A stretch of 64,000 bases of DNA from an uncultured Weeksellaceae bacterium (GTDB lineage Bacteria; Bacteroidota; Bacteroidia; Flavobacteriales_D; CAZDUI01), in the NCBI GenBank assembly GCA_964508605.1, contig CAZDUI010000005.1, positions 49,254 through 113,253 on the forward strand, given 5' to 3'. Made by a program: the position numbers and the translations under genes. The notes under the pieces were generated by a model. That model was not told the DNA's origin. It did not search any database and saw nothing but the letters and a program-made list of their open reading frames with translations. This document shows positions 48,304-57,534 of the stretch, piece after piece (positions within the stretch are counted from its first letter, which is position 1; every line of letters begins with the position of its first letter).

Positions 48304-49563
48304 ATGAAAAAGACAATATTATTTACAGCACTGGCAACTATGTTTTTAGCAAATTCTTTTGCTCAAACCAGCGATGCTGGAATTGCCTTAAACGCTTTTA
48401 AAAATGCAGTAGCATCAAAGAAAATGGATGATGCTAAGGAAAAGATTGAAGAGGCAAAAAAATACATAGACAAAGCCATGCAGTCTGAGTCTGACAAAGC
48501 CAAACCTAAGACATGGTATTATGCCGGACAAATCTACACCAATCTTATGATTGCTGCAAAGCTCTCTAATGGTGAAGACTTAATGACCGGTCTTATGAAT
48601 GTTATGCAGGCCGGAGAAAAAGCAGACCCCAAAGTTGCCGAAGAATTGATGAATATTCTTTTAAAAGATGAGAACTACACAAAAGGCCTGGGCTATTATA
48701 AGCAACACGTTGACATGCCTAAGAAAGCCAAAGATGATTACAGTGAAGAAATTAAGGCCGAATTGGGACAAGGTATTATGATGTTTATTATGCTCGGCAA
48801 TCAGGCTTTACAAAAAGATAAATTTGAACTGGCCCGTGATGCTTACATGAGAGCTGTGTCCACAATGGAAATAACAGGAACAGTAGATTATGCTGTATAT
48901 TTCAATGCCGGTATCAGCGCTGAAGCTGTTAAAGACTGGGTTTCGGCAGAAAAAGCCTTTAAAGCCTGTGCCGAAAAAGATTATGAAGGTGCAATGAGCT
49001 TTGGAAAATGGGCAAAAGCATTGGCAAACCAGGACAAAAAGGAAGAAGCCGGAAAAGTACTGGACCAGGGAAGAGCCAAACACGGTGCAAATAAGGACTT
49101 TGCAATAGAGGAAGCTAATATTTATATTGCAACCGGCGATCTTGCAAAGGCTGAGGCAGCTTTACAAACGCTGATTGATGCCGACCCGAAAAATCCACTG
49201 CTGCAATTCAACGTAGGTGTTATTTTTGACAATACCCATCAATACGACAAAGCTGCAGAAGCCTATAAAAAAGCCATAGAACTTGACCCAAAGTATTTTG
49301 ACGCACACTATAACCTGGGTGCCATGTATTACAATCAGGGCGTTGACTATTTCAATAAAATTCAAAGCATTGATGACATGGCAGAATTTGCCAAAGAAGA
49401 AAAAAAGGCCAAAGAATATTTCCAAACCGCACTACCATTTATGGAAAAAGCACATGAAATTGATCCATCGGAAAAAAATACACTACAAATCTTAAAAGGA
49501 ATTTATGCTCGTTTAGGAATGAACGACAAGTACAATGAAGTTATAGAGAAGCTTAAGAACTAG
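48304..49563 (+). CDS. Secreted TPR protein
   Basis: Signal peptide and multiple TPRs (FNVGVIFD…AYKKAIELDPKYFDAHYNLGAMYYN). Confidence 0.9.
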   Translation: MKKTILFTALATMFLANSFAQTSDAGIALNAFKNAVASKKMDDAKEKIEEAKKYIDKAMQSESDKAKPKTWYYAGQIYTNLMIAAKLSNGEDLMTGLMNVMQAGEKADPKVAEELMNILLKDENYTKGLGYYKQHVDMPKKAKDDYSEEIKAELGQGIMMFIMLGNQALQKDKFELARDAYMRAVSTMEITGTVDYAVYFNAGISAEAVKDWVSAEKAFKACAEKDYEGAMSFGKWAKALANQDKKEEAGKVLDQGRAKHGANKDFAIEEANIYIATGDLAKAEAALQTLIDADPKNPLLQFNVGVIFDNTHQYDKAAEAYKKAIELDPKYFDAHYNLGAMYYNQGVDYFNKIQSIDDMAEFAKEEKKAKEYFQTALPFMEKAHEIDPSEKNTLQILKGIYARLGMNDKYNEVIEKLKN

Positions 49564-49584
49564 TGAGCTAAAAATAAGCTATTT

Positions 49585-49612
49585 AAAAGCCTTCCTTCGG
49601 GAAGGCTTTTTT
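49585..49612 (+). terminator. Rho-independent terminator
   Basis: AAAAGCCTTCC-TTCG-GGAAGGCTTTT followed by TT; UUCG tetraloop. Confidence 0.9.
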
Positions 49613-49982
49613 ATTTTCCATGCTTTTCAAATTGCAATACATTTGAAATAAAAGAAGTGTGCCATAGTTATAAAAGGCAATTTTATTTACCAACATCTAT
49701 TTGGTAAAACCGTTCATAAAAACACAAATCACTGTACGCGTAGAACTTAACATTCGTGTTAATAAATTACTATTCGTTTCTTTCTCTTTGTTACCGGCAT
49801 GTTATTGAATACAAATAACTGATAAACAATTCGAAACATTTATATAAAATCCACTTAAGAATTTACTAACTGCTTTAACAAATTTTCGTGGATAAATATC
49901 TTCTTTGTGTCGACCAACAAATGAAAATTGGTAGTTAATTGCATGCAGATTTACGACTGTTACCTATTAACCCTAAATAATT

Positions 49983-52577
49983 ATGATTGCTGAAGAAATC
50001 GCGCAAGAAAAATCTTTGTCTCAAAAAACAGGGACAACCACAATGGAAAAAGGCAGATATTCTTATTCTGAAGTCCTGAAAGCCAGTATTGAATATTTCA
50101 ATGGTGACGAGCTTGCCGCCACAACGTGGATGAACAAGTATGCCATGAAAACTTCGGATGGTGTGTATCTGGAACGCACCCCTGACGATATGCATCGTCG
50201 CATGGCATCTGAATTCGCCCGAATTGAAACGAGATACAAAACTTCTCCAAAAAATGTGAAGTTGCTATCGAAATACGGACAAGAACGGCCTGAACTTTCT
50301 GAGGAACGCATTTTTGAAATGTTTAAGGGATTCAGATATGTTATTCCTCAGGGCAGTGTCATGAGCAGTTTGGGTAATTATAACGTACTTGCTTCGCTTT
50401 CAAACTGCGTTGTAATGCCGGCCATTGAAGATTCATACGGCGGTATTTTCCGTACCGATGAACAGCTGGCTCAATTATTCAAAAGACGTTGTGGTGTGGG
50501 TATTGATATATCCAGTTTACGTCCGGCAGGAGCCAACGTTAGCAATGCCGCAGGTAGCACAACCGGAGCCGTAAGCTTCATGGAGCGCTTTAGCAATACT
50601 ACCCGTGAGGTTGCACAAAACGGCCGCAGGGGAGCGCTTATGATTACTATCGATATTGCTCACCCTGATGTAGAAGATTTTATTACCATCAAACAGGATC
50701 TGAAAAAGGTAACCGGGGCCAACATCTCTGTCCGGATTTCTGATGAGTTTATGGTGGCTGTTAAAAACGATTCCGACTATACACATAGATTTCCAATCAA
50801 CAGCCAAAATCCAAAGGTGACAAAAACTGTTCGTGCCCGCGAGTTATGGAATACGATCATACGTTGTGCCCACAACACTGCTGAACCCGGCCTCATTTTT
50901 TGGGACCGTCAGCATAAATATTCAACATCTTCGGTTTATCCGGGCTACGAAAATCTTAGTACCAATCCTTGCTCTGAAATTGCTATGCAAGGCGGTGATT
51001 CCTGTCGCTTAATTGCGATTAACCTATATAATTTTGTAGAAAATCCGTTTACTGAAAATGCCAGTTTTAATCACGAGAAGTTTTATGAGGTAACCTACGA
51101 ATCTCAAAGACTGATGGATGACCTGGTAGATTTGGAACTGGAAGCTATTGAGCGCATAATGGCTAAAATAGATTCAGATAAAGAACCTGAAGAATTTAAA
51201 CGGGTTGAGAGAGAGACCTGGCAATTACTTTACGATACCGGTAAAAACGGACGTCGTACAGGTTTAGGATTCACCGCTTTGGGGGATGCCATGGCTGCCA
51301 TGGGTTATAAATTTGACAGTGAAGAATCTATTGCTGCCATTGACAACATCATGAAAACCAAATGTGATGCCGAATTCAATAGCTCTATTGACATGGCTAT
51401 TGAAAGAGGTAAGTTTACAGGGTTTAATCCATCTATTGAAAACACCAGTGAATTTGTTCAGATGATGAAACTGGAGTTTAATGATACCTACGAACGAATG
51501 ATGCAGCATGGTCGCAGAAACATTTCACTGAGTACAGTAGCGCCCACCGGTACATTAAGTATGCTGGCGCAATCTTCATCGGGTATTGAACCTGTATTCT
51601 TAATGAGCTATAAGCGAAGAAGAAAGGTAAACCCCAATGATAAAAATGCCAAAGTTGACTTTGTAGACGATATGGGCGACAGTTGGGAGGAATTTACGGT
51701 TTATCACCCCAAAGTTAAAGAATGGATGGAGGTTACAGGCAACACGGATATTACCAAAAGCCCATATGCCGGCAGCACAGCACCAGAAATTGACTGGATG
51801 AAGCGAATTGAAATTCAATCAGTGGTTCAAAAATATGTAACCCATAGTATTAGTTCTACTATTAATCTGCCTACTGATGTATCAACCGAAATGGTAGGTA
51901 ATATTTACCTTGAAGCTTGGAGTAAAGGTTTGAAAGGTATTACTGTTTATCGTGACGGTAGCCGTAGTGGTGTATTAATTGCCAACGACGACAGTAAAAA
52001 ACCGGCTGCCCACGGAGAAATTATTGAAACAGTGGCGCCCCCGCGTCCCGACAAATTGGATGCCGACATTATCCGCTTTCAAAACAACAACGAAAAATGG
52101 ATTGCGGTAGTGGGATTACTGAACGGAAAGCCCTACGAGATTTTTACAGGTAAAGCTGAAGATTCATTTTTCCTTCCTTCATTTGTTGAAAGAGGCTGGG
52201 TAATAAAAAACCGCAATCATGATGGAAAAAGCAGATACGACTTCCAGTATACCGATGGCGAAGGTTACAAAGTAACCATTGAAGGTCTGTCACGATCTTT
52301 CAATAAGGAATTCTGGAATTATGCCAAGCTAATTTCAGGAGTACTTAGACACGGCATGCCCCTACCCTATGTGGTTGACCTTGTTGACAAATTAAACTTG
52401 TACGACACCAATATCAATACATGGAAAAACGGCGTAGTAAGGTCTTTGAAAAAGTATATTCCTAACGGAACCAAAGCCGTAGACCATGCCTGTCCTGAGT
52501 GTAAGGACCCTGAAGGATTGATATTTGAAGAAGGTTGTTTGAAGTGTAAAAGCTGCGGGCATACTAAATGTGGTTAA
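49983..52577 (+). CDS. nrdJ: Adenosylcobalamin-dependent (class II) ribonucleotide reductase
   Basis: SNCVV, RRGALM, TNPCSEI (thiyl Cys), TVAPTG, GITVYRDGSR and C-terminal CPEC…CKSCG. No beta-subunit gene nearby. Confidence 0.93.
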   Translation: MIAEEIAQEKSLSQKTGTTTMEKGRYSYSEVLKASIEYFNGDELAATTWMNKYAMKTSDGVYLERTPDDMHRRMASEFARIETRYKTSPKNVKLLSKYGQERPELSEERIFEMFKGFRYVIPQGSVMSSLGNYNVLASLSNCVVMPAIEDSYGGIFRTDEQLAQLFKRRCGVGIDISSLRPAGANVSNAAGSTTGAVSFMERFSNTTREVAQNGRRGALMITIDIAHPDVEDFITIKQDLKKVTGANISVRISDEFMVAVKNDSDYTHRFPINSQNPKVTKTVRARELWNTIIRCAHNTAEPGLIFWDRQHKYSTSSVYPGYENLSTNPCSEIAMQGGDSCRLIAINLYNFVENPFTENASFNHEKFYEVTYESQRLMDDLVDLELEAIERIMAKIDSDKEPEEFKRVERETWQLLYDTGKNGRRTGLGFTALGDAMAAMGYKFDSEESIAAIDNIMKTKCDAEFNSSIDMAIERGKFTGFNPSIENTSEFVQMMKLEFNDTYERMMQHGRRNISLSTVAPTGTLSMLAQSSSGIEPVFLMSYKRRRKVNPNDKNAKVDFVDDMGDSWEEFTVYHPKVKEWMEVTGNTDITKSPYAGSTAPEIDWMKRIEIQSVVQKYVTHSISSTINLPTDVSTEMVGNIYLEAWSKGLKGITVYRDGSRSGVLIANDDSKKPAAHGEIIETVAPPRPDKLDADIIRFQNNNEKWIAVVGLLNGKPYEIFTGKAEDSFFLPSFVERGWVIKNRNHDGKSRYDFQYTDGEGYKVTIEGLSRSFNKEFWNYAKLISGVLRHGMPLPYVVDLVDKLNLYDTNINTWKNGVVRSLKKYIPNGTKAVDHACPECKDPEGLIFEEGCLKCKSCGHTKCG

Positions 52578-52591
52578 ATATTTCTTTCCCG

Positions 52592-52627
52592 AAAAAAAAG
52601 CGCCCTGAGTTTCAGGGCGCTTTTTTT
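52592..52627. terminator. Bidirectional terminator
   Basis: A8-GCGCCCTGA-gtt-TCAGGGCGC-T7 between convergent nrdJ and the FAD oxidoreductase. Confidence 0.9.
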
Positions 52628-52636
52628 ATTCTTACA

Positions 52637-54043
52637 TCACACTTTGTCAGGAAAAATTTTACCCGGATTCAAAATTCCGTTAGGATCGAAAACATGCTTT
52701 ATTTGTTGCATCAGCGAGAGGTGTTTCTCAGAAAAGGCCAAAGGCATATAATCTTTTTGCACCCACCCTATTCCATGTTCGCCACTTAAGGTGCCGCCCA
52801 GCGAAATGGTCAATTCAAACAATCTGATTATTGCCTGTGGGAGCACATTTTTCCAGTCGTAATCGCTCATAGAACCTTTTAGTATGTTGATGTGCAAATT
52901 ACCGTCGCCGGCATGTCCGAAGCATACCGAGCGAAAACCATATTCCTGACCAAGTTTTTTTACTCCGTCCAATAACTGTGGCAAGTAAAACCGTGGAACT
53001 ACAGTATCTTCTTCTTTAAAAACTGTGAAAGCTTTTACTGCCTCAACAATGCGCCGTCTAACTTTCCATATTCTTTCTTTTTGAGCATCAGTATCAGCAA
53101 ATAAAATTTCACCGGCACCATACTGATTCATTACAGTATAAATTTGTTCCACCGATTTCATAACAACCTCACTATCCTTCCCATCAGCCTCAATCAATAA
53201 AAATGCTGTTGCGTTCGGTGGAAGATCAATCGTTAAATCGGAATAATGCTCAAACACAAATTCCAGGGCATCACGCTCCATAAACTCCAGTGCACTGGGA
53301 GTAACACCGGCTCTGAATACCGCACTCACCGCCTCACAGGCTTTTACAGAAGATTCAAAAGGAGCCAGTAACAACATTTGGACGGTAGGATGTGGTATTA
53401 ATTTCAGAACGGCTTTGGTAATAACCCCAAGTGTACCTTCGCTGCCCACCATCAATTGCGTTACATTGTAGCCGGTACTATTCTTTAAGGTGTTGGCTCC
53501 GGTCCAAATTACCGTGCCATCAACCAGAACAACTTCAAGATTTAATACATAATCTTTAGTAACACCATATTTTAATGCCCGTGGCCCTCCCGAATTCTCT
53601 GCCAGATTTCCACCAATGGTGCAGCTACCACGACTCGCAGGATCGGGAGGATAGTATAAGCCATGAGCTGCAACTGCTTCCTGAAGGTGTTGTGTAATAA
53701 CACCCGGTTCAACTGTAACCTGCAAATTATTTAAATCGATATCAAGTATACGATTCATTCGTTCCACACTAAGTGCCACACCACCTTTCACACTCAAAGC
53801 CCCGCCGCTTAAACCTGTTCGGGCCGCGACCGGAGTAACAGGAACACCGTAAGTATTACACAACAACACAACATCACGAACCTGATTTTTGTCGGCGGGT
53901 TTTACAACAATCTGCGGAGGAAAAACAAAATCTTCCGTGTGATCGCGACCATATTCATTCAGTGATGCTGCATCTGTGAATACCCACTCCTTGCCACAGC
54001 ACCTACGAAGCAAATCTATAAAGCCATCAGGTAAATAATTCAT
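52637..54043 (-). CDS. FAD-linked oxidase (GlcD/D-lactate dehydrogenase family)
   Basis: TGLSGGA, PPDPAS…TIGGN, GSEGTLGVIT, GHAGDGNLH, SGEHGIG and DPNGILNPGK. Confidence 0.93.
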   Translation of the reverse strand: MNYLPDGFIDLLRRCCGKEWVFTDAASLNEYGRDHTEDFVFPPQIVVKPADKNQVRDVVLLCNTYGVPVTPVAARTGLSGGALSVKGGVALSVERMNRILDIDLNNLQVTVEPGVITQHLQEAVAAHGLYYPPDPASRGSCTIGGNLAENSGGPRALKYGVTKDYVLNLEVVLVDGTVIWTGANTLKNSTGYNVTQLMVGSEGTLGVITKAVLKLIPHPTVQMLLLAPFESSVKACEAVSAVFRAGVTPSALEFMERDALEFVFEHYSDLTIDLPPNATAFLLIEADGKDSEVVMKSVEQIYTVMNQYGAGEILFADTDAQKERIWKVRRRIVEAVKAFTVFKEEDTVVPRFYLPQLLDGVKKLGQEYGFRSVCFGHAGDGNLHINILKGSMSDYDWKNVLPQAIIRLFELTISLGGTLSGEHGIGWVQKDYMPLAFSEKHLSLMQQIKHVFDPNGILNPGKIFPDKV

Positions 54044-54112
54044 TCAAAATAAATTAATGCATTATGTCCCCACCAATTCTACACCACTTAGTTTGATTTG
54101 GCGCAATTTTAG

Positions 54113-54130
54113 TAAGTTTGGCCAAAATTA
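54113..54130. promoter_or_regulatory. Overlapping oppositely oriented -7 elements for DPP-IV (+) and the FAD oxidase (-)
   Basis: TAAGTTTG-GC-CAAAATTA; both strands give exact TAnnTTTG matches. Confidence 0.6.
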
Positions 54131-54144
54131 ACGAAACTTTAATT

Positions 54145-56355
54145 ATGTACATTTTTAATAATCTTACCCGTTTTTATCAAGTTGCATTTACTTTACTATT
54201 TCTGTTACCTGTTGCCATCAGGTCGCAAACCACTTTGAGTCTTGAAGATATCTGGGCGGGCAGTATCTATAAGGTTGACGGCGTTAACCAAGTAGTAAGC
54301 ATGAAAGATGGATTACATTTTAGCGAATTAGAAGGAAGGGGAAAGACTTCAAAAATCAGCAAGTTCAGTTTTGCAACGCACGAAAAGGTTGGGGTTATTG
54401 CCGAAGCCAAAGACATGATACCCGAAGGTAAAAAATCATCGGTTAATATTGACAGTTATGAATTCAACGCCGATGAAACGAAATTACTGATAGCTACGAA
54501 TATGATGCCTATTTACAGATATTCGTTTACCGCCGAATATTGGATTTTCGACATAAATAATAAAAAAATCAAGCCCTTGTCCTTAAAAGAAGGAGCTCAA
54601 CGAGATGCTGTATTTTCGCCGGACAGTCGTAACATTGCCTTTGTTAGAGACAATAATATTTTTATAACCAATATTGAAACCGGTGAAGAGACACAGGTTA
54701 CCACTGACGGCAAAGTAAATGAATTGATTTATGGGTATGCGGATTGGGTATATGAAGAAGAATTTGCGTTAGAAACGGGTCTGGAGTGGAATTCAGATGG
54801 TACACGGCTGGCATATTACAGCATGAATGAAAAAGAAGTACCCGTTTTTCAAATGGCCATTTACGGAGAACTCTATCCTTACCAATACACTTTTAAATAC
54901 CCCAAAGCAGGTGAAAAAAATTCGGAAGTGAATATTCATGTTTATGACCTGAATAAGAAGAAGAGCGAAAAACTTGATACCGGAGATGAGAAGGACCAAT
55001 ACATTCCAAGAATTAAATGGACACGGAATGCGGCACAGCTGTGTGTTCTAAGAATGAACCGTCATCAAAACCATCTGGAATACCTTTTATATGACTTTTC
55101 AAAATCGGCATCTCCAAAAGCACATACCATTTATAGTGAGCAGAGCAAAACCTACATTGAAATTGACGACAATTTAATTTTTTTGAAAGACGGCAAGAGT
55201 TTTATCCGTACCAGCGAGATGAACGGCTGGAATCATATTTACAAGATTGGCTTTGATGGAAAAGTAACTCCTGTTACGTCGGGAAACTGGGATGTTATTG
55301 AATTTTTGGGAGTAAACGAAGATAAGAATCTGATTTATTACACATCGGCAGAAGAAGCCCCCATACACAAAGCAGTTTACGTTGTGTCGCTTGATGGCAA
55401 GAAAAAAACAAAACTCAGCAAGCGAACCGGTACCAATGATGCTCTTTTCAGCACAGGTATGAAGTACTTTATGAATTTTTACAGCAGTGCTTCAGAGCCG
55501 GGCATTACCACCATTCACGACGCTTCGGGTAAAGAAATTAAGGTATTGGTTGACAATGCGAAAACCAAAGAGCAAATGACCCAGCTGAAGTTTGTTAAAA
55601 AGGAATTTATTCAGGTGGATGGAGCGGAAGGCAAACTGAACGCATGGATTATGAAGCCTGCTGATTTTGATGCAAACAAGAAATATCCCGTATATTTTCA
55701 TGTTTATTGTGGTCCAGGACACAATACGGTGCTTGACGAATGGGGAGGCCGCGACTTTTACTGGCATCAGATACTTGTGCAAAAAGGATATATTGTGATG
55801 AGCGTAGACCCCAGAGGTACCATGTATCGTGGCGAAGCCTTCAAAAAATCGACCTATATGGATTTGGGCAAGCTGGAACTGGATGACCTTGTTGCGGTGG
55901 CTGAAAATCTGAAAAAAGAATCGTGGGTAGACGGTAATAGAATGGGTATCATGGGATGGAGCTATGGTGGCTACATGAGCAGCCTTGCTATGACCAAAGC
56001 AGCAGGTACCTTTAAAATGGGCATTGCTGTAGCACCTGTTACCAACTGGAGATTTTACGACACCATTTATACCGAACGCTTTCTTCGTACCCCTCAGGAG
56101 AACGCAAAAGGGTACGACAATAACTCGCCAATCAACTACGCAGGCAAACTGGAAGGAAGTTATTTACTGATTCATGGTTCTGCCGACGATAATGTTCATT
56201 ATCAAAACGCTATGGAAATGACCAATGCGCTGGTTGCTGCCAATAAACCTTATGAAATGTTCATATATCCTAACCGAAATCATGGTATTTACGGAGGATA
56301 TACAAGGTTGCATCTGTATACGAAGATGCTGAAATTTATTGAGCAGAATCTTTAG
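54145..56355 (+). CDS. Dipeptidyl peptidase IV (S9B)
   Basis: DPP-IV N-terminal propeller (DWVYEEEF, YPKAG), GWSYGG nucleophile motif, DDNVH and NHGI. Start moved to the ATG at 54145. Confidence 0.94.
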   Translation: MYIFNNLTRFYQVAFTLLFLLPVAIRSQTTLSLEDIWAGSIYKVDGVNQVVSMKDGLHFSELEGRGKTSKISKFSFATHEKVGVIAEAKDMIPEGKKSSVNIDSYEFNADETKLLIATNMMPIYRYSFTAEYWIFDINNKKIKPLSLKEGAQRDAVFSPDSRNIAFVRDNNIFITNIETGEETQVTTDGKVNELIYGYADWVYEEEFALETGLEWNSDGTRLAYYSMNEKEVPVFQMAIYGELYPYQYTFKYPKAGEKNSEVNIHVYDLNKKKSEKLDTGDEKDQYIPRIKWTRNAAQLCVLRMNRHQNHLEYLLYDFSKSASPKAHTIYSEQSKTYIEIDDNLIFLKDGKSFIRTSEMNGWNHIYKIGFDGKVTPVTSGNWDVIEFLGVNEDKNLIYYTSAEEAPIHKAVYVVSLDGKKKTKLSKRTGTNDALFSTGMKYFMNFYSSASEPGITTIHDASGKEIKVLVDNAKTKEQMTQLKFVKKEFIQVDGAEGKLNAWIMKPADFDANKKYPVYFHVYCGPGHNTVLDEWGGRDFYWHQILVQKGYIVMSVDPRGTMYRGEAFKKSTYMDLGKLELDDLVAVAENLKKESWVDGNRMGIMGWSYGGYMSSLAMTKAAGTFKMGIAVAPVTNWRFYDTIYTERFLRTPQENAKGYDNNSPINYAGKLEGSYLLIHGSADDNVHYQNAMEMTNALVAANKPYEMFIYPNRNHGIYGGYTRLHLYTKMLKFIEQNL

Positions 56356-56370
56356 GAGACCTGAACGAAA

Positions 56371-57438
56371 TTACAGCGTAAGAGTCCACCCGTAGGGGTC
56401 GTTAACTTTGCCGCGTTTCAGGTCATTCATAAATGACAACACACGGTTACTAAATTTACGTTGGTCAAGGGGAGGCAGTGTATAATCCTTGTCTTTAATA
56501 TTCATAACATGAATCTGAGCAATGGTAGCTGCGGTGCCGGCACCAAATGCATCCTGCAGTTTACCCTGTTCGGCAGCTTCCACTATCTCATCAATCGGCA
56601 CTTTTCTTTCTTCCACGGTATAACCCCAGTCGCGGGCTACTCTTAGCACGCTGTCGCGCGTAATACCCGGAAGTATGGAGCCGTTCAGATTCGGCGTAAT
56701 GATTTTATCGTCAATCTGAAAAATGATATTCATCGTACCTGACTCCTCAATATACTTATGTTCTCTGCCGTCGGTCCATACCAGCTGGTGATAACCCAAT
56801 TTCTGTCCCTGACGGGCAGGATACAACGAAGCTGCATAATTTCCTGCAGTTTTTGCTTCCCCGGTACCGCCTTCAACCGCGCGGGTATAGTATGGCTCAA
56901 CCTTCACTTTTATGGGTTCGCTGTAATAATTTCCAACGGGACAACAGAAAATTATAAACTTATATTTTTCGGAAGGGCGGATACCCACGTATTCGTCGGT
57001 AGCAAACATAAAAGGACGGATATACAGCGAACCACCCGGAATGCGCGGTACCCATTCACTGTCCAGTTTTACCAATGCGGAAAGAGTTTGAACAAATAAT
57101 TCTTCAGGAATTTCGGGCATGCACATGCGCGCTGCACTCTTCTTCATTCGTTTTGCATTGTCGTAAGCCCTAAACAATATTATCTGGTTATTGTCGCCAC
57201 GGTATGCTTTTAATCCTTCAAAAATACTTTGTCCGTAATGCAAAGCTGAAATGGCGGGATGTAACGAAATGGGGCCAAACGGACGAATATATGGCTTTTG
57301 CCAAACACCATTTTCATAATCCATTTCCACCATATGGTCGGTAAACACCTGTCCAAATTTCAAATTATTGAAATCTACCGATTCTATACGACTCCTTTCA
57401 ATCTTATCCACCTCAATTTTAACCGGTTCTGCTATCAT
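56371..57438 (-). CDS. ilvE: Branched-chain amino acid aminotransferase
   Basis: LHYGQSIFEGLKAY, LYIRPF, KTAGNYAAS, EESGTMN, ILPGITR and GTAATIA. Confidence 0.95.
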   Translation of the reverse strand: MIAEPVKIEVDKIERSRIESVDFNNLKFGQVFTDHMVEMDYENGVWQKPYIRPFGPISLHPAISALHYGQSIFEGLKAYRGDNNQIILFRAYDNAKRMKKSAARMCMPEIPEELFVQTLSALVKLDSEWVPRIPGGSLYIRPFMFATDEYVGIRPSEKYKFIIFCCPVGNYYSEPIKVKVEPYYTRAVEGGTGEAKTAGNYAASLYPARQGQKLGYHQLVWTDGREHKYIEESGTMNIIFQIDDKIITPNLNGSILPGITRDSVLRVARDWGYTVEERKVPIDEIVEAAEQGKLQDAFGAGTAATIAQIHVMNIKDKDYTLPPLDQRKFSNRVLSFMNDLKRGKVNDPYGWTLTL

Positions 57439-57534
57439 TATTGCTGATTGGTATTAGTTATTGCCACGAATATATTCATCAAATCGTTACAAATTAAGGA
57501 AAAAGATATAAATTTCTGCGATTTTTCTACACAA

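Noticed and set aside
8893-57534. ORF-caller upstream starts at 8893, 16541, 21774, 22534, 23309, 29107, 33013, 34674, 54118 and 57448
   Set aside because: These extensions run through promoter elements or neighbouring genes; downstream starts fit the family N-termini better.
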